Positions 9,182 through 17,406 of a stretch of 32,000 nucleotides of DNA are shown in pieces; position 1 is the first letter of the stretch; every line of letters begins with the position of its first letter. The position numbers and the translations under genes are program-made. The notes beneath the pieces are model-generated. The model did no database searches, was not told the DNA's origin, and saw only the letters and a list, made by a program, of their open reading frames with translations. Location of the stretch: NCBI GenBank assembly GCA_041494805.1, contig JBGQBN010000009.1, forward strand, positions 1-32,000, given 5' to 3'. The stretch comes from Terriglobia bacterium. Lineage in GTDB: Bacteria > Acidobacteriota > Terriglobia > Terriglobales > Acidobacteriaceae.

Positions 9182-10021
9182 CTAAGTCCCAACATCCGCT
9201 GCAATCCGCGGCAGCACCGCGCCCAGCAGCGCCACAAAATCACCCTTCACTCTCGCGGCGGTCTCCAGCACCTCTTCGTGATTGATGACCTGATCCAGAA
9301 TCCCCGCCGCCATGTTAGTCACGCAGGAAATCGCCAGAACCTTCATTCCCATGTGACGCGCGGCAATCACCTCCGCGACCGTGGACATACCCACCAGATC
9401 AGCCCCAATCGTCCGCAGATACCGGATCTCCGCCGGAGTTTCATAATTCGGCCCCAAGAGCCCCGCATAGACGCCCTGATAAACCGTCTTGCCCAGGCGG
9501 CGTGCTTCCGCAACCGCGATCTCGCGATACGGCTTCCAGTACGCCTGCGTCATATCCGGAAAGCGCGCACCCAAGCGATCATCGTTCGCTCCGACCAAAG
9601 GATTTTGTCCCTGCAAATTGATGTGGTCGGTGAGGACGACCAGCGCCCCTTGCTTGTATTCAAGGTTGATCCCGCCGGCTGCATTGGTATGCACCACAGC
9701 CCGGACGCCCATGCGCCCAAACACGCGCATCGGGAAAGCAACTTCCTGCGCCGAGTACCCTTCATAAAGATGCACCCGTCCCTGCATAGCGGCGATGGGA
9801 ACGCCGTCTGATTTGCCAATCACCATCTGCCCGGCGTGCCCAATCGCTGTGGAGTGTGGGAAGGATGGAATGTCCGCGTAGGGAATCCGCGTAGTTTCAG
9901 CAAGTTCGTCTGCAAAGGCCCCGAGTCCCGAGCCCAGGACAAGTCCAATCCGCGGGCGCAGCGCGGTGCGTGACAGCAGGAACTTCGCCGCAGATTCTGC
10001 AAGAGTGAAATCGTCGATCAT
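9182..10021 (-). CDS. Purine nucleoside phosphorylase (PNP/MTAP family)
   Basis: IGLVLGSGLGAFADEL, IAAMQGRVHLYEGYSAQEVAFPMRV, VVHTNAAGGINLEYKQGALVVLTDHINL, GPNYETPAEIRYLRTIGADLVGMSTVAEVIAARH. Confidence 0.95.
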   Translation of the reverse strand: MIDDFTLAESAAKFLLSRTALRPRIGLVLGSGLGAFADELAETTRIPYADIPSFPHSTAIGHAGQMVIGKSDGVPIAAMQGRVHLYEGYSAQEVAFPMRVFGRMGVRAVVHTNAAGGINLEYKQGALVVLTDHINLQGQNPLVGANDDRLGARFPDMTQAYWKPYREIAVAEARRLGKTVYQGVYAGLLGPNYETPAEIRYLRTIGADLVGMSTVAEVIAARHMGMKVLAISCVTNMAAGILDQVINHEEVLETAARVKGDFVALLGAVLPRIAADVGT

Positions 10022-10042
10022 TTAAGCTCTTAGCTCTTGGCC

Positions 10043-10085
10043 TTTAGCTCTTAGCTCTCCGGCCAGGGATGAGCTAAGAGCTAAA
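10043..10085. repeat. 15-bp perfect inverted repeat TTTAGCTCTTAGCTC-N13-GAGCTAAGAGCTAAA between the transporter and PNP genes
   Basis: Arms 10043-10057 and 10071-10085. Further AGCTCTTAGCTCTT and GCTAAAAGC units flank them. Confidence 0.85.
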
Positions 10086-10103
10086 AGCTAATGGCTAAAA
10101 GCT

Positions 10104-11342
10104 TCACAAAAGCATTCCCGCAATCGATGCCGACATCAAATTCGCCATCGTCCCCGCCAGCATCGCACGCACCCCCAACTTGGCCAGTTCGCCCCTCTTG
10201 TTCGGAGCCAGCGAGCCGATACCGCCGATTTCGATACCGATATTTCCCAGGTTGGCGAAACCGCACAGGGCGTAAGTGGCGATGGTGTAGGAACGCGGGT
10301 CCAGTGCCGCCTTCTGTCCTGTAAGCATGGAGAACGCCACGAACTCATTCAACACCATGCGCGTACCCAGCAGGTTGCCGATGGCCGAACAGTCCTTCCA
10401 CGGCACCCCGATCACCCAGGCCACGGGCGAGAACAAAACACCAAAGATTTTCTCAAAGCTGCTGGGAAACCAGTTCCATCCGAAGTGGGCCAGACCGTTA
10501 TGTATCCCGCCCAATAAGCCGTTGGCCAGCGCAATCAACGCCAGAAACGAGATCAGCATAGCCGCGACATTAAGAGTCAAATAGAGTCCGTCGGTCGTGC
10601 CTTTCGCCACCGCCCCCAGCAGGTTCTCGCTCTTATCTTCGCCCATCTCCTCATCGCTCATCTCCACTCGCCCCGCCGTCACCGCGTGCTCCGTCTCCGG
10701 CACGAGCATCTTGGCCACCAGAATCGTCCCCGGCGCGGTCATGATCACCGCCGTCAAAAGATGCTTGGCGTCGATGCCGAAGGCAATGTAGGCAGCCATC
10801 ACCGCACCACTGATGTGTGCCATGCCACTGGTCATGATGGTCATCAGTTCCGAACGCGTCAGTTTGGGCAGAAACGGACGAATGGTCAGCGGTGCCTCGG
10901 TGCATCCCAGGAAAATGCTGGCGGCCACGTTCATGGACTCGGCCCCGCTGGTGCCCATGAACTTCATCATCACCCGCGCCATCTGCCGGATGACCCACTG
11001 CATTACCCCATAGTGATACAGGACGGCGAAAAAGGCAGCCACAAATATGATGGTAGGCAAGACCTGGAAAGCGAGGTAGAACGGTGGGCCTTTTTTTCCT
11101 AGATCCCCAAAAAGAAACGACGAACCCGCGTAGGAGTAGCCGAGAAAGCGAGTGACCACATCACCCAGCCAGGCAAACAGCCGCCGCCCAGCCTCCACCC
11201 GCAAGACCAGAAACGCAAAGACGATCTGTAACCCCAGGCCCCAGGCAACGGTGCGCAACCGAATAGCCCGCCGGTTGGTGGAAAACAGGTAAGCCAGCGC
11301 GACCATGGTCATCAGCCCGAGAATGCCAGTAAGTCGGCTCAA
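10104..11342 (-). CDS. Concentrative nucleoside transporter (NupC/CNT family)
   Basis: GTSGAESMNVAASIFLGCTEAPLTIRPFLPKLTRSELMTIMTSGMAHISGAVMAAY and FVAFSMLTGQKAALDPRSYTIATYALCGFANLGNIGIEIGGIGSLAPNKR. Confidence 0.95.
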   Translation of the reverse strand: MSRLTGILGLMTMVALAYLFSTNRRAIRLRTVAWGLGLQIVFAFLVLRVEAGRRLFAWLGDVVTRFLGYSYAGSSFLFGDLGKKGPPFYLAFQVLPTIIFVAAFFAVLYHYGVMQWVIRQMARVMMKFMGTSGAESMNVAASIFLGCTEAPLTIRPFLPKLTRSELMTIMTSGMAHISGAVMAAYIAFGIDAKHLLTAVIMTAPGTILVAKMLVPETEHAVTAGRVEMSDEEMGEDKSENLLGAVAKGTTDGLYLTLNVAAMLISFLALIALANGLLGGIHNGLAHFGWNWFPSSFEKIFGVLFSPVAWVIGVPWKDCSAIGNLLGTRMVLNEFVAFSMLTGQKAALDPRSYTIATYALCGFANLGNIGIEIGGIGSLAPNKRGELAKLGVRAMLAGTMANLMSASIAGMLL

Positions 11343-11441
11343 GCTCCTCCGCAGGTGATTCGCAGGCGCATTCTAGCACCTCGGCCGCAGGCCCACCGGA
11401 ACCACGCTGAGAACTGAGAACAGGGAACTAAGAACTGCGTT

Positions 11442-12977
11442 TCAGAACTTCCGCTCGAAATTCGCAAACGAGCTTTCGAGCTTCCACTGCCCGCGGGCGC
11501 GCTCGTTTGCCTCCAGAAACTTCTCACACCCGGATGAAACCTTGGCCGCGTCGGCACGGTCGCCAGCACACGCCGCCACTGGACGAAATTGCTGCGTCTC
11601 CACCCAAAGGCTGGCGCCAGGCAAGAAACTGTGCTCCAGGCTCTGTCGCGCCATGCGCTTGACCTCGGCATAAGTCAGGCCATAGCTCTCTACGGCTCGC
11701 ACGTACTCATGGGTCATATCGGAACGCGCGACTCCCTCATCGTCCGTCGCCAGCGCCACTGGCACGCCATGAAGCTGGTAAACCGGCAGAGGATGGTCTT
11801 GCCCGCGCACGCCCAGAATCACATCGTTTGAGGTCAGGCAAATCTCCACCAGCACGTTGCGCTGCGCCATCTCCCGCAACAAGCCGAGGGGATCACGCTC
11901 GTCCATTACGGACACGCCATGCCCGATGCGCTCGGCATGCCCTCGCTCAATGGACTCGCGGATATGAAAGCGCAGTCCCTCCGGCGGTACCAATCCCATT
12001 GCCAGTTCGCCCGCATGCAGGCTGATGTGCACTCCCGGATAGACGCCGTGCAGGAAGTCAAGCATCCTCATATGCAGCTCGAAATCATGCATCGGCACGT
12101 ACCAGTCTTCGGGCATGACCAGGTTGAGCCCAACAAACCGCGGATCGGACTTTGCCAGTTCGAAGCCGGCCAGGATCTGTGCAAACACCTGCTCTCGTGG
12201 CAACCCGCGCAGCACCTGGTACAGAAAGCGGACCGTGACGCCGCAGCCGGGATCAGCTTCCGCCGAACCGCACTTGAGCGCGGAACGCATCTTCGCTTCG
12301 TCGTCATCGAGCTGCTTGCCAGTCGCCGCGATCACATCCTTCAAACCGCCCGAGAGAAGCTTGTCGCGCATCCGGCCAAAATCGTCGTCCCAACCTAGCT
12401 TTGCCCCTAGTCGTGCGGACTGCATGCCATCCGCCGTGTGCATGAGTTCAAGGTATTGCACATGATCGGCAGCCGCCCGCGCCGCGGCCTCCGCCATGGA
12501 CTCGCCCATATGGTTCAGCATCGCGGCTAGAAACTTGTCGAAGGTGGCAAAGAAGTGGTCGTGGCCAGATTCCTCCCCGCGGTTCCAGTTGCGCATGGAC
12601 CAGGCGTCGATCATGGAGTTGTAGAGAACCTGATCCTGATACGCGCAAGCCACCCACGGCTTGCTGGTATACCTTTCACAGGAAACATCGCATGGCGGAG
12701 TCAGCAGGAAAGAGGTCGTCCGGTCAACACACAAACCGCTGCCGGCGGCGAAGTCGATGAGGCTCTCCGCATAAATCGCGCCCTCCAGGTGGTTGTGCAG
12801 GTCGCCGCCCTTGGGCATGTCCCGCAAGAATGCCAGCAGAAGCAGAGGCTGCCGCCGAATCGAGTCGAAATAACGGGCCGTGCGCTGCTGTGGATCGGTA
12901 GCGGCTTGCGCTGCGGCAACCGACCCACTTACCGCTACGACAACAACAATAAGCAGACCAGCCGCTCGGCTCACCAA
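11442..12977 (-). CDS. Exported adenosine deaminase-like protein
   Basis: Signal peptide (AAGLLIVVVVAVSGSVAAAQA); metal-binding MPKGGDLHNHLEGAIYAESL; GLVPPEGLRFHIRESIERGHAERIGHGVSV; VEICLTSNDVILGV; VALATDDEGVARSDMTHEY. Confidence 0.9.
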   Translation of the reverse strand: MVSRAAGLLIVVVVAVSGSVAAAQAATDPQQRTARYFDSIRRQPLLLLAFLRDMPKGGDLHNHLEGAIYAESLIDFAAGSGLCVDRTTSFLLTPPCDVSCERYTSKPWVACAYQDQVLYNSMIDAWSMRNWNRGEESGHDHFFATFDKFLAAMLNHMGESMAEAAARAAADHVQYLELMHTADGMQSARLGAKLGWDDDFGRMRDKLLSGGLKDVIAATGKQLDDDEAKMRSALKCGSAEADPGCGVTVRFLYQVLRGLPREQVFAQILAGFELAKSDPRFVGLNLVMPEDWYVPMHDFELHMRMLDFLHGVYPGVHISLHAGELAMGLVPPEGLRFHIRESIERGHAERIGHGVSVMDERDPLGLLREMAQRNVLVEICLTSNDVILGVRGQDHPLPVYQLHGVPVALATDDEGVARSDMTHEYVRAVESYGLTYAEVKRMARQSLEHSFLPGASLWVETQQFRPVAACAGDRADAAKVSSGCEKFLEANERARGQWKLESSFANFERKF

Positions 12978-13380
12978 ACCCTCCTTGAATTCCTGAAGAC
13001 CGGCATTTTACCTGTTCGGCAGAAATAAAGTAGCAGAACCCAGCTTGCTGATCGCGAAAGATCGACCGCGAGAGATCGACCGTGGCCAGCGTGGAGAACC
13101 GCCGAGGCCCAGCTCTAGAAAGACCACAAAAGTCCCTCCCCACGCGGTTTTCGCGAGATTTTCACAGTTTGAGGGTGGGAGATTTTTCTAGCGACTGCCG
13201 CAGGGGCGCTAACGGAATCCGCAAAAAACGCCATCCGCTGCCGATCAATCGGCAACCCTTTTCGGCAAATTGCACCACTTTCAGTTCACCTGGCTGTGGA
13301 CCGGCTGCACTTGATTGATTTTACGACGGATAGAGTTCTGTGTTTCGTATTGACTCTAAAAATGGAAGGAGTAAGAAAAT

Positions 13381-13705
13381 AATCGTTCTTTGACAGCTTC
13401 TGAAGTTTTCCCGGTTGGTGCGGCGTCCGGGGCTCAAGCGAAGTCACCTGCAGACCGCAAGGTCATGCAGGGAAGGCGAGCAAGGGTCTATAGCAAAGCG
13501 CTGGTCGAGGCGAACAAGAAGATATGTTGAAGGCAACATAGGATCCCGAGGCGTTAAGCTGGTTTATCCGGTTGGCGGTAAGCCCGGAGCCCGAGCAACG
13601 ATCGCGCGTTGCGACCCGCAAGGGAAGCGACGAAGGCAGGTCGGCAAGGGTCTAAAGCGAGCTACTGGCCGAGACGAATGAGCTTAACACCACCTCGGGA
13701 TTCTT
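13381..13705 (+). ncRNA. Candidate structured non-coding RNA made of two diverged tandem units
   Basis: Shared blocks in order: CCGGTTGG (13411/13568), GACC(C)GCAAGG (13453/13613), CAAGGGTCTA (13481/13645), CTGGYCGAGRCGAA. Unit 1 hairpin CCTGCA-GACC-GCAA-GGTC-A-TGCAGG (13447-13471). Unit 2 hairpin CGTTGC-GA-CCC-GCAA-GGG-AA-GCGACG (13607-13632). Hairpin TATGTTG-AAGG-CAACATA (13523-13540). ATCCCGAGG/TTAAGCT pairs with AGCTTAA/CCTCGGGAT around unit 2. No credible ORF. Confidence 0.55.
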
Positions 13706-13832
13706 ATTTGTGACGCGCGCAATCCAACCCCGCTGAGCGGCCAGGCCTCAGCGCTCCCCTGCCTCCGAGTAATTCGGGCTCTATCGGGGATGGGATGCGC
13801 GCTTCCCCATCCGCTACGTCTGGGCCTAACCC

Positions 13833-14570
13833 TCACGGTCCTTGCTGCACCCGCAGTTTCTCTCCCGTCACCAGCCGTGCTCGATAGATGGTGTTGGTCG
13901 CGGCTACCTCGGCCACAACGTCAACATTCACTTCGTAAGCGCCCCGCGGCAGGTTCTCTCCGAACGGAATCTCGAGATCAATAGTGTTCTTCTTCAGAGC
14001 AAAGTGCTGATACCCAACCGCCGTAGCTCGTCCCTTCTCGCTCACCGCCAGCACGATCACCGTCAGGTCGAAATCCTGTCCCGTCTGGTTGGAAACTTTG
14101 ACCGCACCCTCCACCCTTTTTCCCGCTACCTTGGGATCTCGGCTCCACGCAACCAGCAGTGGCGCCACCACCTGCAGATCGAGTTCCTGGTTCTGCTGCT
14201 GGGCAGGCTTGCCGCTATCGGTCACCGTCACCACAAAGTGAAACGATCCAGCTTCGCTGGGAATCCCAGCCAGCAAGCCGTCTTCACTCAGTGCGATACC
14301 CCGCGGTAACGAACCTCCAGTGAATTGCCATTTCAAAGGACTGATTCCGCCCTGAGCCTCCAATTGGAAGCGATACTCTTGCCGCAGATACCCCTTGGGC
14401 AAGGACGTCGTCCGCACTGAGAGTGGCCCGCCCATCGCGGCGCCCTGCTGCGCCGGGGAGCTGAGGGAAGCCGCCAGCACGCACCACATAATGGCAAGGG
14501 TTGCGCGGCCGGCCACGTGCTTTGACATGATCCCCATCGCGTGCGCTCTAGAGCCAAAGCTACAGCACAA
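13833..14570 (-). CDS. Secreted putative Ig-domain (He_PIG-like) protein
   Basis: Signal-like N-terminus WCVLAASLSSPAQQ; LSVRTTSLPKGYLRQEYRFQLEAQGGISPLKWQFTGGSLPRGIALSEDGLLAGIPSEAGSFHFVVTVTDS is a typical putative Ig pattern. Confidence 0.75.
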   Translation of the reverse strand: MCCSFGSRAHAMGIMSKHVAGRATLAIMWCVLAASLSSPAQQGAAMGGPLSVRTTSLPKGYLRQEYRFQLEAQGGISPLKWQFTGGSLPRGIALSEDGLLAGIPSEAGSFHFVVTVTDSGKPAQQQNQELDLQVVAPLLVAWSRDPKVAGKRVEGAVKVSNQTGQDFDLTVIVLAVSEKGRATAVGYQHFALKKNTIDLEIPFGENLPRGAYEVNVDVVAEVAATNTIYRARLVTGEKLRVQQGP

Positions 14571-14679
14571 GGTTGCCTACTCCAAAAACTGAGAACCGGG
14601 AACTGACCACCGGAAACTGGTTTTCTCCCGATCCCGCCTCTCACGTTCAGTGCACGTGCATTGCGACCAAACTCTGTAC

Positions 14680-15702
14680 TTATCTTCCCAAAAAGTCATC
14701 GACCGCTTTAACGAACATGTCAGGCTGATCCACAAACGTCATGTGCCCCGCCTTGGGGAAGATCACCAGCCTCGATCCCGCAATCTTCTCGTGCATCACC
14801 TGCGACATCGCCGGATCGGACTCGTCGTGATCGCCCACCAGCACAAGGGTTGGCACCTTAATCGTCGCCAACTGGTCCGTGTACTCCACCGATTTCAGGT
14901 TCCCGTCAATGATGAACTCGCCATGGGATCCCCACATTTCCCGGTAGAGGTCCCATGCCGTGTTGCCATTGGCGACGGGGTCATAATTAGGATCGGGACG
15001 ATTTTGGTACAGATACGGAAAATAACCTTCACCCCAGGCCGCAATCATGTATTCGTTCGTGTAACGATGCTGCTCGTATTCCTTGCCGTGGCCATAGAGG
15101 CCTGCTGCTTCCATCTTGCTGATTCGGTCGCGGAGCTCAGCTGGCATCTTCTCTTTCATGTGCACGAAGACTTCATTGATCGCCTTGGTGCTGGAAAACG
15201 TGCTGCCTAGAATCAGGTGTGAAAGATTGCGCTGATACTTGAACGCATACGCCTGTGCCAAGCAGCCTCCGTAGGAATGCCCCAGCAGGCTGATCTTGCC
15301 CAGCCCCAGCGCCTGCCGCACCGCCTCAACGTCTTCCACCATATTCTCGACGGTGTAGCCGGAGGCATCCTCCAGCTTCTGTGAGCGTCCCGAGCCACGC
15401 TCATCAATGAAGATCAATTCATTGTGCCGCGCCAAAGGCAGCAGGTAGGGCAGGAAGTAGTCATGCGACGCCCCCGGCCCACCATGCACAATCATGAGGG
15501 GTTCGCCGCGCCCAAGAATCTTGTAGTAGATCATCACACCATGGGCGTCCACGAATCCCTCTTGCATGGGATAGAGGTTTGGAGAATTTGCGGATGGTCC
15601 CGCGCCCTGGGCCAACGTGATTGCAGACATCAGGAAGAGAAGAAAGAGGGTTAGTGGAGTCTTCATGGCCCCCATGCTAACCGCTTTGAAGGACGAAGAC
15701 AA
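14680..15702 (-). CDS. Exported alpha/beta hydrolase, proline iminopeptidase-like
   Basis: GEPLMIVHGGPGASHDYFLPYLLPLARHNELIFIDERGSGRS, LLGHSYGGCLAQAYA, and a C-terminal GSRLVIFPKAGHMTFVDQPDMF catalytic His context. Signal peptide present. Confidence 0.85.
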   Translation of the reverse strand: MSSSFKAVSMGAMKTPLTLFLLFLMSAITLAQGAGPSANSPNLYPMQEGFVDAHGVMIYYKILGRGEPLMIVHGGPGASHDYFLPYLLPLARHNELIFIDERGSGRSQKLEDASGYTVENMVEDVEAVRQALGLGKISLLGHSYGGCLAQAYAFKYQRNLSHLILGSTFSSTKAINEVFVHMKEKMPAELRDRISKMEAAGLYGHGKEYEQHRYTNEYMIAAWGEGYFPYLYQNRPDPNYDPVANGNTAWDLYREMWGSHGEFIIDGNLKSVEYTDQLATIKVPTLVLVGDHDESDPAMSQVMHEKIAGSRLVIFPKAGHMTFVDQPDMFVKAVDDFLGR

Positions 15703-15733
15703 AACTCTGATGAAAAGTGATCCGCGGGCTGCC

Positions 15734-17296
15734 TTAGCCTACCTGCCAAACCGTATCCAGCACTGTCCCGTCCACCCACTTCACCACCGCGACCGGCCGG
15801 TCCCCAAGCTTCGGCCGCGCCGGCTTCCCGCCGCAAATCCGCTCCACTTCGGACTTGATGTCCTGGAGCGGCCGGATGGGCAGCTTCGAACCCTTCACCG
15901 CATCCAGCAAATCCTGACGCCGCGGATTGACCGCAATCCCACGCTCCGTCACCACCACATCAATCAGCTCGCCCGGCCCGGTCAACGTCGTCACTTCATC
16001 CACGATCACCGGAATGCGGTCGCGGAACGACGGCACCGCCAGAATCGTGCATCCCGCCGCCAGACAGTTCTGCCACCCGCCAATCCCGTGCAACAGCCGC
16101 CCATCGGAATGCGTCACCACATTGCCATTGAAGTTCACATCCACTTCAGTCGCGCCCAATACCACCGCATCCACCATCGAAGCGAACGAACCTTTGCCGT
16201 GAAAGTTGTACGAAGTGAACGGAGACGTGGGCACGTGTCGCGGATCGCTGGCAATGGATTTCACGGCGTCGAGATCGAACGTCTGTCCGTCGAGAATGTA
16301 ATCGGTCAATCCTTCCTGCAGCATCTCCACCAGATACCGCGTGGATCCGCCGCGCACGAAACGCGCTTTCACGCCATCTTCTTTCATCATGCGTCGCAAA
16401 TAATCGACGAACGCCAGCGCAATCCCGCCTGCCCCTGCCTGGAAGGAAAATCCGTTGCGCATGATCCCCGCCTCGCGCAGGAACCGCGCCACAAACTCCG
16501 CAATCCGCAATCGATCGGGCGAGCGTGTGATCTGGGTTGTCCCCGAAACAATCTTCGTCGGATCGCCGATCGACTCCACCTCAACCACAAAGTCCACATT
16601 GTTGCCCTGGATTTGCCAGGGAAGACAAGGGAACGGCACCAGGCTGTCGGTGACCACGATTACCTGGTCGGCGTACATGGAATCCGCCAGCGCAAACCCC
16701 AGCGATCCGCAAGCCGACTTGCCATGCGACCCATCGGCGTTGCCGAAAGAGTCGGCTGTCGGCGCAGCGATCACCGCGATGTCAACGTGCACCTCGCCAT
16801 CCTGTATGGCCTGCCAACGCCCTCCGTGCGAGCGCAGCACGCCCATGCCCCGCATCTTGCCCTGGGTGCAGTAGTCGCCCAGCGGCCCATTCATCGAGCC
16901 TTCAATGTGATGAATGACCCCCGACTGCATCAGCTCAATCGCACTTTTCTGCGAGGGAAATGAAGCGCTGGGAAACCACAGCAAATCTTTGACGCCGATT
17001 TTTGCCGCCGCCTCAAGCGCCATCAAAGCAACGCGGTCGCCGTCCCGCAGGTGATGATGATTAGAGATCACCATGCCATCGCGCAGCCCACACCTGCTCA
17101 AGGCAGTTTCGAGATCCGTCACGCGCTTGTCGCCGTTCTCCGGATAATCCTTATTCGAGCGAACCGGCGGCGCAGTCTTGCGCGCCCGCGGCTGGTACTT
17201 GGCCACACCCAGATAAGGAATCTGCGGCTTGCCATTGACCATGGCCGGCACCATCCGCCCCGCCGCATTCTGTGCCACTTCCACTCTCTCGCTCAT
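15734..17296 (-). CDS. citF: Citrate lyase alpha subunit (citrate CoA-transferase) homologue
   Basis: GLRDGMVISNHHHLRDGD, GSMNGPLGDYCTQGKMRGMGVLRSHGGRWQAIQDGEVHVDIAVIAAPTADSFGNADG, GIAVNPRRQDLLDAVKGSKLPIRP are typical of CitF. Confidence 0.9.
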   Translation of the reverse strand: MSERVEVAQNAAGRMVPAMVNGKPQIPYLGVAKYQPRARKTAPPVRSNKDYPENGDKRVTDLETALSRCGLRDGMVISNHHHLRDGDRVALMALEAAAKIGVKDLLWFPSASFPSQKSAIELMQSGVIHHIEGSMNGPLGDYCTQGKMRGMGVLRSHGGRWQAIQDGEVHVDIAVIAAPTADSFGNADGSHGKSACGSLGFALADSMYADQVIVVTDSLVPFPCLPWQIQGNNVDFVVEVESIGDPTKIVSGTTQITRSPDRLRIAEFVARFLREAGIMRNGFSFQAGAGGIALAFVDYLRRMMKEDGVKARFVRGGSTRYLVEMLQEGLTDYILDGQTFDLDAVKSIASDPRHVPTSPFTSYNFHGKGSFASMVDAVVLGATEVDVNFNGNVVTHSDGRLLHGIGGWQNCLAAGCTILAVPSFRDRIPVIVDEVTTLTGPGELIDVVVTERGIAVNPRRQDLLDAVKGSKLPIRPLQDIKSEVERICGGKPARPKLGDRPVAVVKWVDGTVLDTVWQVG

Positions 17297-17406
17297 TCCA
17301 CTCCCTTTGGCTCAAGTTCCATTGTCATCCTGAGCGGGCTTCCAGCCCGCGAAGGACCTATGCACCTGTCTGGCCCACCGAGGCGACGCATCCTTCTTAT
17401 CGGCAG

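Noticed and set aside
13115-13145. Short direct repeat GATCGACCG...GATCGACCG near 13.1 kb
   Set aside because: Only two 9-nt copies; no further structure or extension that would support a binding-site array.
13415-13681. 88-aa + ORF (MVRRPGLKRSHLQTARSC...) in the candidate RNA region
   Set aside because: Arg/Lys/Gly-rich with no protein-like pattern. The sequence is better explained by the paired RNA elements and tandem duplication.
13405-13710. CRISPR array or simple tandem repeat interpretation of the duplicated region
   Set aside because: Only two diverged units of about 160 bp, without short identical repeats or regular spacers.
13732-13810. Hairpins GCTGAG...CTCAGC and GGATGGG...CCCATCC downstream of the candidate RNA
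   Set aside because: They could be terminators of either convergent transcript, but they have no clear T-tract, so I did not call them as features.
15617-16963. 448-aa + strand ORF opposite citF
   Set aside because: Shadow ORF in high-GC DNA. The translation is His/Arg/Pro-rich with no family motif, and citF on the other strand is unambiguous.
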